A stretch of DNA of 57,101 bases from NCBI RefSeq assembly GCF_004010195.1, contig NC_057718.1:36978584-37035684 (forward strand). Direction: 5' to 3'. This document shows, piece by piece, positions 1 through 12,556 of the stretch; position 1 is the stretch's first letter, and every line of letters starts with the position of its first letter. The stretch comes from Chiloscyllium plagiosum (lineage: Eukaryota). Position numbers and translations under genes: made by a program. The notes below the pieces were generated by a model. The model did not search any database and had not been told where the DNA came from. It was given only the letters and a program-made list of their open reading frames with translations.

Positions 1-184
1 GTCCCACAATCCAAAGATGTGCAGGTCAGGTGAATTGGCCATGCTAAATTGCCCACAGTGTTAGGTGTGTTAGTCAGGGTAAATATAGGTAGGGGAATGG
101 GTCTGGGTGGGTTACTCTTCAGAGGGTTGGTGTGGACTTGGGCTGAATGGTCTGATTCCATACTGTAGGGAATCTGATCTAATC
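1..184 (+). mobile_element. HE1-type (V-SINE) SINE, 3' portion, cut by window edge
   Basis: Core CCCACAATCCAAAGATGTGCAGGTCAGGTGAATTGGCCATGCTAAATTGCCC, a LINE-like 3' tail and an AATCT-type end; same family as 24445-24745. Confidence 0.9.
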
Positions 185-250
185 CATAGACACAGGATAG
201 TTAATGAAGCAAATGCGTGGCTTGAAGGGGAATTTGTGGTGGTGTTCCCA

Positions 251-1136
251 TGTATTTGCAGATGATACGAAGATAGGTGGAGTTGTGGACAGTGAGGAGG
301 GCTGTTGTCGGCTGCAGAGGGACTTAGATATGATGCAGAGCTGGGCTGAGGAGTGGCAGATGGGGTTCAACCCTGCCAAGTGTGAGGTTGTCCATTTTGG
401 AAGAACAAATAAGAATGCGGAATAGAGGGTTAATGGTAGGGTTCTTAGTCAGGTGGAGGAACAGAGGGATCTTGGGGTCTATGTACATAGATCTTTGAAG
501 GTTGTCACTCAGGTGGATAGAGTTTGTAAGAAGGCCTATGGAGTATTATCGTTCATTAGCAGAGGGATTGAATTCAAGAGTCGTGAAGTGATGTTGCAGC
601 TGTACAGGACTTTGGTTAGGCCACAGTTGGAGTACTGTGTGCAGTTCTGGTCGCCTCACTTTAGGGAAGATGTGGAAGCTTTGGAGAGGGTGCAGGGAAG
701 ATTTACCAGGATGTTGCCTGGAATGGAGAATAGGTCGTACGAGGATAGGTTGAGAGTGCTAGACTTTTTCTCGTTGGAACGGCGAAGGATGAGGGGTGAC
801 TTGATCGAGGTTTATAAGATGATCAGAGGAATAGATAGAGTAGACAGTCAGAAACGTTTTCCCCGGGTGCAACAGAGTTTTACAAGGGGACATAAATTTA
901 AGGTGAAGGGTGGAAGGTATAGGGGAGATGTCAGGGGTGGGTTCTTTACCCAGAGAGTGGTGGGGGCATGGAATGCGCTGCCTGTGGGAGTGGCAGAGTC
1001 AGAATCATTGGCGAACTTTAAGTGGCAATTGGATAGGTACATGGATGGGTGCTTAAGCTAGGACAAATGTTCGGCACAACATCGTGGGCCGAAGGGCCTG
1101 TTCTGTGCTGTATTGTTCTATGTTCTATGTTCTATG
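251..1136 (+). mobile_element. CR1-clade LINE, 5'-truncated (RT C-terminus + 3' UTR)
   Basis: ORFs 204-425 and 453-1061 give [37 protein letters not shown] and FFTQRVVGAWNALP; ends in (TTCTATG)n. Confidence 0.95.
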
Positions 1137-1340
1137 TAAGCCAAGTGAGGTAAATACTGCAGATTTTCCTTCCCTTAAGGATATCAGTGAATTGCAATGG
1201 TTACATGGTCACTATTAGACATTCCAGATTTATTTCAAATTACACCATCGGCCATGATGGAATCTGAACTCATACCTTAGAGCATGAGACTGAGTCTCTG
1301 GATTACTAGGCGAGTGACCATACCACTGAGCTACTGTTCC
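1137..1340 (-). mobile_element. Old tRNA-derived SINE (head and core)
   Basis: Minus strand begins with an A-box-like TAGCTCAGTGGTATGGTC...TAGTAATCCAGAGACTCAG; similar to copies at 22750-23387 and 51835-52196. Confidence 0.65.
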
Positions 1341-1552
1341 TCGAATAGAGCACAGACTACAAGGAAACATCAAGAAACTGAAAATTTAAAAGATAACTCA
1401 TTACTGCTGCTGCTATGAATTGAAATAAACAATGATGGATTCCAGTGAAACCTTACACCCTGAAGACACAAGAAAATCAAAAACATTCAACGATATATTC
1501 GTTTATCTCCACTTGGTATTGGACAATATCCCCTGACAATATGCCACCTGAT

Positions 1553-1693
1553 AACTGGAGAAAGAATGCCTCATCTTTCACCTTGGACCCTTCGACCATA
1601 TAGCATCAACATCTCGTTCACTAGTTTCCAAATCTCCCCTCCCTCGACCTCATCCCAGATCCAACCCTCCAACTCAACACTGCCCTGTTGACT
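1553..1693 (+). mobile_element. Penelope-like element fragment (end of GIY-YIG ORF and 3' UTR)
   Basis: LEKECLIFHLG...PYSINISF resembles the Penelope C-terminal LEE.RLIFRLGTLQP.GIN motif; followed by a C-rich UTR. Confidence 0.6.
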
Positions 1694-2224
1694 ATGTGTA
1701 GGACAATCACACATAGTTCATTCTCCCTTGCCTGAGGAGAGAGAAAAACCAGCTATGAAACAATTAAAGGAGTAATTTGATGTGTGTGCCAGATAACACC
1801 AGAGGCAGACCAGGAGAAATTGTCAGGGAATGGACTGTCCAGATAGACCTGGCACTTGAACAGTTTCAGCTGCTTGTTGCGAACAATTAGTAAAGATAGT
1901 TAAAATGTAGGCCATCTAAAAAAGCATTTGTAAGGCAATTCTCGTAGGTGAGTTCAAAGATTTCACACTGTTCACGATCTGCACAGAGGCAGCTAGACAG
2001 CAGTCATAGCTGACTACTATGATTTAACACTCTGATTCATAAACACATATACTGGAGTATGGAAACTTTCACAGAGCTAAGAGAAAAAAAAAGCGAGATA
2101 AATATCCCAGTGACAAGGGAGAGACAAAGATAGCAAGCAGAAATATCCCTGACCAATAAGAGATCCCTCATCTGGATGGAAGATAGGTGGACAAGTGCCC
2201 ATGAACTTCCTGTATGATAAGCCA

Positions 2225-2490
2225 GCCATGGATTGATTCTCTCTTGTTGAAGGTGGGCATTGCATGGCACGAGTGTGGCACAAATGCAACATGCCACTTA
2301 ACAGCCTTACCCTGAGTAAGTCCACGTCTTGCTGCATATGAACATGGGCTGTTCTAGGATCTGAGGAATAGCAAGTAGTTCTGACATTGTACGATCATCA
2401 GCAAACACCTCACCGCTGACCTTATGAACAAGGAATGGTCGTTGATGAGGCAGCTTAACCTAACTGGGCCTAGGATACTAGCCTGAGGAA
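2225..2490 (-). mobile_element. CR1/L2-group LINE RT fragment (second family)
   Basis: ORF 2354-2590 contains PQASILGP..LSCLIND, a decayed [15 protein letters not shown]; similar to 33330-33885. Confidence 0.75.
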
Positions 2491-2970
2491 AATAGGAAGA
2501 GGAATTTAGCCAGTGAAGCCTGCCTCGCCATTCAATGCAACCATGATTGGTTAAACTTTTCCTAACCTCATCCCTTAACCATGTATTCATTGGTAGTCAA
2601 AAGTCTGTCAATCGCTACTTTAAACATACTCAGAGGCCTAACTTCCACAATCTTCTGTGATATAGATTTCCAAATGTTCACAGGCCACTGTGTAAAAGAA
2701 ATCCTCCGCATTTCAACCCAAGCGGCTTCCCTCTTTTTTATATTCACCCCGGTTCAAGAATCCCCAACCAGGGAAAACATCTCATCTGCATCTACCTGAT
2801 GTGTCCCTTTAAATATTTTCTGGATTTCAATGTGAGAACCTCTCATTTTTCAAAACTCTGGAGAATAAAGGGCCCAGTTTACCCAATCTCTCTTCATAGG
2901 ACGGTCCTGTCATTCAGGGAATAAGTCTAGAGAACTTTCATTGCACTCCCTCTAAGGCAATAATATCTTC
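2491..2970 (-). mobile_element. Old CR1 LINE 3' fragment
   Basis: Reverse complement of a CR1 3' tail (CATGGTTGCATTGAATGGCGAGGCAGGCTTCA) and a decayed ORF2 C-terminus. Confidence 0.75.
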
Positions 2971-3017
2971 TGGTACAAAATACCATTGACTTATGGTTGG
3001 GGTAATGCATTACCACC

Positions 3018-3340
3018 AATCATTCTTTCTACTCTTTTTAAATAAACATTAACAAGTTTGACAGATCCTGCAGGGACACGGTAACAAAAATCAAAATCAA
3101 ACGGTCAATGGAAACTTCCCAAACTATAATGGAAACTTATCAAAATTAAATGAAAATGTCACCTCAGTCCCTGCAGAGAAGATTGGTAATCCTTCTTTCT
3201 ACTCTTTTAAATGAATAATAACAATTTAGACAGACCCCAGTGGGACAAGGTAATAAAAAATCAAGAAGTCACTGGAAACTTATCAAAGCAGAATCAAAAT
3301 ATCGTTACCAGGCGCGATGTTGCACTTCAGCCTCAGTGGA
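3018..3340. repeat. Diverged ~170-bp tandem duplication
   Basis: AATC(A/C)TTCTTTCTACTCTTTT...GACAGA...GGGACA.GGTAA.AAAAA...GGAAACTT occurs at 3018 and 3188. Confidence 0.75.
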
Positions 3341-4454
3341 GTCCATTATTCCCTACAGGCCTCGATTGTGCCAGTGGATTCCACATGCTCTCTCTCTCTC
3401 TCTCCGCATGGATTCCTGAGAGTGGATGCAACCAAAAAAAAGGCAAACAATTGGGAGCTATGACCCTCTCTATGGCACGCTGCCTGGGCCTCGGTCAGCT
3501 CCAGGAGCAGATCCATGAGGACCTAATCTCCCCCACCACCACCCACTGAACACCCCCCCCCCCGCACCACTGCACAGAGTGCCCGTGCATTAGGAGCATG
3601 AGGTGAAAGTGACATCAAAAATGTAAAAGCAATCTCATTGAAAAACTAAGTAGAGGTTGCAAATAACTCCCCTCTGGCCTTTCCTCCTTAGTTAACGTGT
3701 ACACATTCATGCATACAACTACTTTTATATTTGCTGTGACCTTACATCCCTCCAAATCTCTGACTTCACAAACATTGCCATCCTAGAGGTTGCATTGTTT
3801 TCCAGAACACGGTCCCTTCAAACTTGAAAGATTGATAAGCCTTTGACTTAAAGCAGTTGATCTTGACTTTGATTTTCTGGAAAGCATTTCCTCACTGGAG
3901 AATCCTTATCTTTTTGGATGTTCCTTTCTGAGGATGCTGTTCCTGATAAACTCAATAGCTGGTTCATTACCTTATTTGGAGGAATCTTACTCTCCTGAAC
4001 TTCCTCTGCAGGTGAACTCTTCCCTGCTAACTCAGGTCGTTGTTCCATAACATCATCTGGAACACCTTTAATCTCATGAAAATCCTTCATGAAAGATGGC
4101 TGTTCTGTTGAAATTAATACTTTGTCCTTTGCATAACCTGGGTTTCTGGACCAGGCAATTTTTTTTTGATGCAGATAGATTTAATCTTCTTTGCAATATC
4201 CTGGATGTTCAGACAATGCAATTTCTTTATTTTGACCATGTCTGAGATATGTTGAATTGGTCAGGATTCCACAAAGTTATATGAAGCTCATTTCCATTCT
4301 GTTCAAACCAACCTTTACTCTCAATCTGCTGATATATCAATGTTCAAGTATATAAGCTGTTCAAATTGTTGATAAAGCTGATGTCTTCATTTGCTCACTC
4401 TGCAGCCCTGGGAACAAAGTTGGAGCAGGTACCTGATGGAATCAATTCACTATT

Positions 4455-4660
4455 TGGTCCAAAGTGTTCAGAAAAGATTTACAAGGATGTTCCCAGGGCT
4501 GGAGAGTTTGAGCTACAGGGAGAGGCTGAATAGGAAGGGTTTAGAGGGATATCAGTCAAGTGTTGGCAAATGGGACTAAATTAGTTTAGGATATCTGGTT
4601 GGCATGGACAAGTTGGACTGAAATGTCTGTTTCTGTGCTGCACATCTCTATGACTCTAGA
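4455..4660 (+). mobile_element. CR1/HER1 LINE 3' fragment with internal deletion
   Basis: VQKRFTRMFPGLESLSYRERLNR joined directly to the 3' UTR, ending CTCTATGACTCTA. Confidence 0.85.
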
Positions 4661-5160
4661 TCTTCATATTGGTCACCAACATCTCAGGCACTCTTCATGA
4701 GCACCATCCCACATGCATGGATGTTGGTATTGACAGGTGCCAGTCTGCAAGAATCCTCATGGTACATCTCCAATCCACTTATATTGTGCTTTTGAACTTC
4801 AATGTTGCTCAAGCTGCACTGCCAGCTCTCACTGTAATGCTGCACAAGGACACTGAGTGCTCAGAGACACACACCCAGCTCATGGCCTGGACCAGGCTGC
4901 AGCTTAGGGCATTTCATTTGCTGTTATAGACCTCATTCACTCTGTGCTGCCTGAATTCCCAGAGTATTTCTGTCTTGCCATGCTTTTTTGAGCTTTGTCC
5001 TGTCAATCATTGAAACCAGCTCGTAACATTACTGTTTTGCCTTGACATTTAGTGCAGGCACAGACCCAGGGACTTTGTTATGGTGGTGAGCAGGCTACAG
5101 ATTAATGGACACAGCATTCCATGAAGGATCCTAGCACAATAAGTCAAGCTAACAACTGAG

Positions 5161-5236
5161 CCCCTGTCCCTGTTCCTGTTCCTGTCCCTGTCCCTGTCCC
5201 TGTTCCTGTATTAATGTTAATGTTAATGTGAATGTG
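5161..5236. repeat. Compound microsatellite (CCTGTC/CCTGTT)n + (TTAATG)n
   Basis: Directly visible tandem hexamers. Confidence 0.9.
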
Positions 5237-5269
5237 TAGGGGCTTGGATGTATTCAGTCACCACTCGGA

Positions 5270-5960
5270 GCAGTAAGAGTCAGGTTATTCTCCATATAAC
5301 GAGTGAGGAACTGAATATCAGGTCACCTACTACCGTTCAGAATTTTGCGATCCTGTTGTGGGCTGCTTTCATCCTGGAATGAGAGAGAAGCTGGAATTAA
5401 GGGAGATGAAAGTGGATGGCACAGCTGCTCATTTTGGTGCTGTTGGCAGTCCAGAGCAAGTGAATATGCAACGTAGAGGGCATGAAGGGTTAGTGGCATC
5501 AGGGGTTGTGATAGGAGTCAGAGGGTAAGGGAAGATATTGCAGGCATCAGTGAGAGTGGTGGAGCATGAGTCTTGGCAGAAGTTTGGTACAGTAATAGGG
5601 ATAGATTGTGAGGTACGAGAGTGAAGATGGTGGCATTTACGCCACATCACCTTCCTATAGTACTGTGGATTCCTCCAGCTGACTGAGTCAGACTGACCTG
5701 GGTGCAGTCTCAGACCAGGTTGTCATAGTTCATTCATTCACTAATATAAATATCTTAATTGACTCTTTTAACCATGACATTATATTAAATCGCGGTTCGT
5801 GCCAATATATGGAGACTTTGTGCAGGTTGTTAATGCTCACCTGGGTGTGAGGAATGACAGAGGAAGAATAGGCCTCCAGAAGACTCTACTGACAGCCAAT
5901 AATTGTCGATGTTTATCTCAGCAACAAAGTGTTTGCTGATAGTTCCATTCATCAAATACC
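5270..5960 (-). mobile_element. Decayed Harbinger Myb/SANT-like gene remnant
   Basis: After acceptor CTCTCTCATTCCAG (exon from 5373) the minus strand reads KAAHNR..*TVVG/PDIQFLTRY, resembling the K.AHNRRER..TGGG.PD...LT motif of Harbinger Myb-like proteins; upstream exon is only faintly recognisable. Confidence 0.45.
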
Positions 5961-6928
5961 TTTTCATCTGTAATATTTTTTAAAATGTAATCATCCGGTT
6001 AAAGATGTTAGTCAAATCAAATACTCCCAGCTCATATGACACGATTGCAATCTTTTCCAGATATACATCTACATGGCTGACGCTGCTCTGAATGATGACC
6101 TGATGTTCCCGTATGAGAATGAATGCACTCATTGTTAGTGTCAACTAAACAAACAGTCCAGTTTACAATCCAATCTCATGCCAACTAAATCAACAGGTGA
6201 GTATATTGTAATGTTGTGGATAGAGTAGACTGAAATGAATCACAACAGGATTACAGTACACAGTACAGATCATCCATTGACCCTTTTTGTTGTGGTTTAT
6301 TTAAGTTGGATTTTGTGAGGTCAGCATCTGTTTGGCATTTGTTGCTGATTCTGCTTCAGGATAAAGGGCTACTTTTACCAGTGTCAGGGGCTCAGCTTTT
6401 GACTGTGATCTCTTTGATTCTCACTGAAAGGTGGGCTGTGTGCTGGCAGCTGCAGGAGCTATGTTGGTAATATATTATTAGGGCAGGTGGTTGTGGTTTC
6501 CTGGGATGGCCTAAGGGTCCACCAGAATTGGCATCAGTCTCCTGACCGTCAATGAAAGCATTCCCTGAGACTTTAAAACAACCTTTTAAATAAATCAGTG
6601 CCATTACTCATTACCAACAGCCACCAAGAATAGGATGAAACTAAAGCTTCTATTGTGAAGCATTGCTGCTCAGTGACATTACAAACAGTGTAATGCTGCC
6701 CAATCAAATGGGACTTCATATTTGAATAAAAACCAAGGAAGGTTCCACTTGGCTGGGATTTTAGCAGGCAATGGTGATTGGCTTGAATTGAATTTTATTG
6801 AAGGATCAGGCATGAGCAGGAAGCATTAGTCTGACTATCATTGACACAACTGTGCACAGGGCTTTACTCAAGTTGGGATCAGATTTAATTGTGATGTGTT
6901 GATCTTCTGCCAGTCATTGGAATTTTAA

Positions 6929-7262
6929 CCCACCAACATCTCACATTAGCAGCTATTCATTCTCCAAGACTGACCTTTACCCACTCCTTTGTCTGCCCAA
7001 CTGTTGTTTTCTCCTTCTCTCTCTGTCTCTCTCTGCTCTCTATCTCCACCTATCATTTACTCTCCCGCGTCGCCCCCCCCCATCTCTTCTCTAGCATAAA
7101 TGCCAACCTTTTCCGAGCTACAACCAGTTCTGAAGAAGAGTCCTAAACCTGAGACGTTAACTCTGTTTTTTCTCCGCAGATGCTGCCAGACCTGCTGAAT
7201 TTTTCCATCAATTTCTGTTTTCATTTCTGATTGCCAGCACCCACAGTTCTTTCGTTTTTGGT
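6929..7262 (+). mobile_element. Short Penelope-derived element with degenerate hammerhead core, 12-bp TSD
   Basis: CTGAAGAAGAGTCCTAAACCTGAGACGTTAAC then CAGATGCTGCCAGACCTGCTGA; TTGGAATTTTAA at 6917-6928 and 7263-7274. Confidence 0.75.
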
Positions 7263-7383
7263 TTGGAATTTTAAATCCCACCTGTTTAACACAAACGGGC
7301 CTGTTTGAGGGGTTAAAATCAGACTACTAAATAATTGCTGGCCCATCAACATGTGCTGAGTGCCCACTGCCATTTCAACTGAG

Positions 7384-7599
7384 TACAACTCACACTCTGC
7401 TGAGCACCCTGTTACATACAGGCATACATACATATATACAAACATACAATTCACACTGTGTTGAGCACCCTGTTACATACAGGCACACATACATACATAC
7501 ATGAAATTCACACTCTGCTGAGCACCCCATTACATACAGGCACACATTCTGTATGCCTGTTACATACAATTCACACACTGTTGAGCACTCTGTTAGATA
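7384..7599. repeat. ~60-bp minisatellite, ~3.6 copies
   Basis: Unit TACAATTCACACTCTGCTGAGCACCCTGTTACATACAGGCA plus an ACAT-rich linker, starting at 7384, 7445, 7502 and 7565. Confidence 0.9.
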
Positions 7600-8199
7600 T
7601 GAACAGACAAGCAGACGTGAGTATAGTTATCAAATGGTTTCTCACTGCTCCCTATAGGTTCAGCCATGAAGGTGAGGAACAGGAGAGCTCCTCTTGCCAG
7701 GGTCTAATTAATGTCTAAAGATTTGGTGGTGTGCTGGGATATAAATTGCAGTTAAGAGTTGACCAACATGGCACAACATGACCAAAATGATGGTAATTAA
7801 TATTGGACTCAAATCAGGAAGTTAAGTATTGTTTGATTAAATTATGTGCAATCAACCTTGTGAAATCCTGACATTCAAAACTGGCTGAGTTAGAAGTGAT
7901 TGCCATTTGAAGCCCCCTTCCTTTGCTGAGCCTGCTTGTGTCTTGCTGTCAGCTGTCTGGAGGACTCAGCGATTTCAGGCAGCTTGACTTAGCTACCCCA
8001 GCTGTAGAGTTATAATAACTGCATTGGTACTGGTGAGTGTAATGCTGTGCTTGATCTTGACAGTTTTGTCTTCCATATCTTGTAGATAGGGAATTAAAGT
8101 TAATGTTATACTCTAATCTGTTATATTACAGATGAGGGAATATAGGTTCATAGACTACAGAAAAAGTAAAATGAAATTAAAACATTATTATTGCACAGA

Positions 8200-9510
8200 A
8201 CCATACAATGATCGAGAAACACAGAGAGGAAATAATGAATGTCCTGAGGATCCTTTTCCAATCTTCACTAGAGATAGATGAGGTACCAGAGAATTGGTGG
8301 TCAACAAAATTTGTACCATTATTCAAAAAGCATGTAAAAGATAGCCCACATTATTGGAGACCAAGAAAATGGCTAGAATTAATATTAGGCAACAGAATTA
8401 ACTGTTATGTAGAAGAGCACAGATTAATCATGGACAGCCAACATGGTTTTGTTTAGGGAAGGTCAAGCCTTGCTAACTTAGTTTTACTGTTTGAAGAAGG
8501 AACAAGCAGCATGGATGATGGTGCAGTGGATGTTACAAACTTTCAACAAGGGATTTGACAAGATCCCACATGGTGGACTGGTCAGACAAATTAAAGTCCA
8601 TAGAATGTAGGAACATTAGACAAGTTGGATGCAAAATGGGCTCAGCTGCAGAAAACAGAAGGTAGTGGTCAACAGATGTTTCCAATTTCCAGTGATGTTT
8701 CCTGTTGGACTCTTTCTGTTTATGGTATATGTCAATGACTTAGATTTGAATGATGCAATTAATACAAAAAATGGCCATGTCGTTAGTGAAGAGAGTGGCT
8801 GTCAATTGATGTTATGGCTGAGTGGGCAGAAGAGTTAGAAATGGAACTCAATTCAGGGAAGTCTGAAGTTATATCTCTGTGGAAGGCAAACCAAGCAGTG
8901 GCAGGGTATTGAGAGCATGTGGTACGATAAAGTGGTAAAGAAGACAGTGGTAAAGACAATGCTTTCCTGCATTGGGTGAAGTATGAGTACAAGAGCTAAT
9001 CAATCCATCACCTAGGCCACAGTTGGAATTTTTATACAGTTTCAGTTGTGACATCACAACAAGGACATTCCCAAAGAGAGAGTAACAGACGAGATTTACA
9101 AGAATATTGCCAAGAGTTCAAAATTGCAGCAGTAAAGAAAGATTTGGAATGCAAATGTTGTTTTCCTTAGAACAGAGAAGGCTGAGGCATGAAAATTAAC
9201 GAGGGACTGAAATACAGTAGACAGGGGAGATATCTTCCCTACTGGAGAGACCAGCTACTGGGGGCACAGATTTGAGGTGAATGAAAGAAGAACTAGAGGG
9301 GGCACTACACCCCAGAGGTTGACAGGTGTCTGCAATTCACTGCCTGGTTTTGTGGTTATTTAAGAGGAACCTGGAAGGGCACCTGAAGTACTGCAACCAG
9401 CAAGGCAATGGACTAGAGGCTGATCACAGGCTTAGAATGGGTGGCTAATTTAGTCAGCCAGCACAGACATTGGGCTCAATGGCCTATTTCTGTGACCTGA
9501 CTTTTCATTG
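8200..9510 (+). mobile_element. Old, heavily decayed CR1 LINE (RT to 3' UTR)
   Basis: FQSSLEIDEVPENW...VPLFKK...SQHGFV followed by colinear decayed RT motifs and a tail TGGGCTCAATGGCCTATTTCTGTG. Confidence 0.85.
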
Positions 9511-9669
9511 GATCTAAAGGTTCGTTTTCTTACTGGTTAAGTGGCTTAATCCAACAATAGAGAACTTAATTTTGACCAAATACTTTAATTTATGAAAGGA
9601 CAAACATTGCAATTTGATAGTGCAAGGACAGTGTCCCTATAATAGTAACTGTGGGTGATAGCTGAGGCC

Positions 9670-10400
9670 ATCTGTAAGTCAGGCACATAAGGTAGCCTTT
9701 GTCTTCCACTGGCTATCCCTGTGAAGTCTCACCTGGCCTTGAAGCAGAGCAGAATGATGAGAGTTCCCAGGAAGTTCTCATTGGCATCATTGCAGCTCCC
9801 TGGTTACCCAGTGTAGACTTCAAAGCTGTGGTACTGATGATTATAGTTGAGTTGTACAATGATGAAATAGAACCTTTTTCCATTTCATTATGACATTATG
9901 CATTATGACATTCCAGATGCATTATGACATGGTGCTTTCAGCATGATGCATTACATCCTGCTCCTGGGGGAGGCCAGCTATGTTACTGAGGCCTGCTGCC
10001 CTGGGCTAAAGCATTGACCTTAGAACAGAGAAATGTGATAAAATGGTGTCATCCAGCACTGAATTCATTCGTAACCAACTTGATGTATTTGTGGGCCAAG
10101 GGTTAAGCGATTGTACAAAGGTCTTGAGTGACTCTTTTGGAAGACCCAGTTGCTGAAACGAATAGCACGGTTGTCATCCTGGGAACATCACTGGGAAAGT
10201 GACGGCTTCCTATTCCTTCAGGTTGTCCATCCCACTCCGGCAGTTGGCAGGTTCAGTGAAATTGTCCCAGGACATCCTCAACCTGCAGTGATAATGAGCC
10301 ACACTCATTTGAAGGAAATGGCATTGAGAATTATAGAATCCAACCCTTCCAACCTGACTTACCAACCTGAGGAGATCTTCAGTTGTGACTTCTTCATGTG
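9670..10400 (-). mobile_element. PIF/Harbinger (HARBI1-like) DDE transposase pseudogene
   Basis: Manual minus-strand translation across frameshifts: FLQMSVAHYHCRLRMS, ATGSSKRVTQDLCTIA*PLAHKYIKLVT, IAGLPQ, KGS/YFIIVQL...PGSCNDA and EDKGY. These are colinear with Harbinger motifs RLRMS, ATGSFQ..GDLCGISQ..H.CI..VT, NRKGFHS.NVQ, PGS.HD and GDKGY. Confidence 0.8.
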
Positions 10401-10577
10401 GAGTCAGTTAGATATCAACTAGAGGTTGCTAAGGATCCTGGGCTTGCTGGCTCATCTGTTCCTCCTTCATTTCTCTGTGTCTTCATTGCATCACAGCAAC
10501 AGCAGCAAGAACCCAGCTCAGGCTGCATCCATTTATCAGGTTTACAATGAAGAAGAGAAGAAAATGCACAGGCCGTT

Positions 10578-12556
10578 AGAACATAGAACATAGAACAATA
10601 CAGCGCAGAACAGGCCCTTCGGCCCTCGATGTTGCACCGACCTGTGAACTATTCTCAGTTCGTCCCCCTACACTATCCCATCATCATCCATGTGCTTATC
10701 CAAGGATTGTTTAAATCTCACTAATGTGGCTGAGTTAACTACATTGGCAGGTAGGGCATTCCACGCCCTTACCACTTTCTGAGTAAAGAACCTGCCTCTG
10801 ACATCTGTCTTAAATCTGTCACCCTTCAATTTGTAGTTATGCCCCTTGTACAAGCTGACATCATCATCCTAGGAAAAAGACTTTCACTGTGATCATCTTG
10901 TATGTTTCTATCAAATCTCTTCTTAGCCTTCTACTTTCCAATGAGAAAAGACCTGAGTCTCTCAGCCTTTCCTCATAAGACCTTCCCTCCAGACCAGGCA
11001 ACATCCTTGTAAATCTCCTCTGCACCTTTTCCAATGCTTCCACATCCTTCCTGAAATATGGCGACCAGAACTGTACACCATATTCCAAGTGTGGCCGCAC
11101 TAGCGTTTTGTATAGTTGCAGCATGATATTGCGGTTCTGGAACTCGATCCCTCTACCAATGAAACCTAACACACTGTATGCCTTCTTAACAGCACTATCC
11201 ACCTGGGTGGCAACTTTCAAGGATCTATGAACATGGACTCCAAGATCCCTCTGCACATCCACACTACCAAGAATCTTTCCATTGACCCAGTACTCTGCAA
11301 TCCTGTTATTCTTCCCAAAGTGCATCACCTCACATTTAGTTGCATTAAACTCTATTTGTCAGCTCTCAGCCCAATTCTGCAGTTTATCCAAGTCTCCCTG
11401 CAACATGTAACATTCTTCCAAACTGTCCATTACTCTACCAACTTTAGTGTCATCTGCAAATTTACAATCCATCCACCTATGCCTGCTTCTAAGTCATTTA
11501 TAAAAATGACAAACAGCAGTGGTCCCAAAACAGATCCTTGTGGCACACCACTAGTAACCGGACTCCAGGCTGAATATTTTCCATCAACCACTACTCGCTG
11601 CCTTCTTTCAAAAGCCAGTTTCTAATCCAAACTGCTAAATCACCCTCAATTCCAGCCTCTGCATTTTCTCCAACAGCCTACCATGTGGAACCTTATCAAA
11701 GGCTTTGCTGAAGTCCATATATACCACGTCAACTGACCTATCCTCATCTACATGCTTGGTCACCTTCTCAAAAATCTCAATGAGGTTTGTGAGACACGAT
11801 CTGCCCTTGACGAAACCATGTTGACTATTTCCAATCAAATTGTTGCTTGCTAGATGATTATAAATCTTATCTCTTATAATCCTTTCCAAAACCTTTTCTA
11901 CAACAGAAGTAAGGCTCACTGGTCTATAATTAGCTGGGTCATCTCTATTGCCCTTCTTGAACAAGGGCACAACATTTGCAATCCTCCAGTCCTCTGGTAC
12001 TAAACCTGTAGACAATGANNNNNNNNNNNNNNNNNNNNNNNNNNNNNNNNNNNNNNNNNNNNNNNNNNNNNNNNNNNNNNNNNNNNNNNNNNNNNNNNNN
12101 NNNNNNNNNNNNNNNNNNNNNNNACTTTCACTCCTTCTAGAATTGATAACACCTGTTTGTAACTAACCTCGATCCTTTCAGGTCTAATATCTCGTACCTC
12201 ATTCTTCTCCTCAACAATATTCTCCTTTTCCTGAGTGAAAACTGATGAAAAATGTTCGTTTAGTACCTCTCCGAACTCCACAGGGTCCACACTCAACTTC
12301 CCACTTCTGTCTTTGACTGGCCCTATTTCTACCCTAATCTTCCTTTTATTCCTCACATACCTATAGAAAACCTTAGGGTTCTCCTCTATTCTATTTGCTA
12401 AAGACTGCTTGTGTCCTCTCTTTGCTCTTCTTAACTCTCTTTTTAAATCCTTCCTAACTGATCTGTAACTCTCCATCGCCTCATCTGTACTATCCTGCCT
12501 CCTCAACACATGAGCCTCCTTCTTTTGCTTAACAAGAGATGCAATTTCTGTAGTAA
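10578..12556 (-). mobile_element. CR1 LINE ORF2 fragment (~2 kb, spans gap)
   Basis: ORFs 12000-12581, 11635-12015 (PEDWRIANVVPLFKKG...YMDFSKAFDKVPH), 10864-11328 and 10668-10853; (ATAGAAC)n tail at the left end. Confidence 0.95.
12019..12123. other. Assembly gap (N run)
   Basis: Run of N. Confidence 1.

Noticed and set aside
453..1061. 202-aa ORF as a host gene (likewise 39612-40271, 12000-12581, 10864-11328)
   Set aside because: These are fragments of CR1 ORF2 within truncated, frameshifted LINE copies.
1700..2120. Possible Gypsy gag remnant
   Set aside because: Only a vague resemblance, with no diagnostic motif I could verify.
5841..5967. 127-nt open minus-strand exon candidate (MKRYLMNG...)
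   Set aside because: The acceptor lacks a polypyrimidine tract, the peptide is unrecognised and it overlaps a probable Harbinger relic.
7384..7599. CRISPR-like repeat/spacer appearance
   Set aside because: Linkers are low-complexity and related to each other, the repeats are degenerate, there are no cas genes and the context is eukaryotic; it is a minisatellite.
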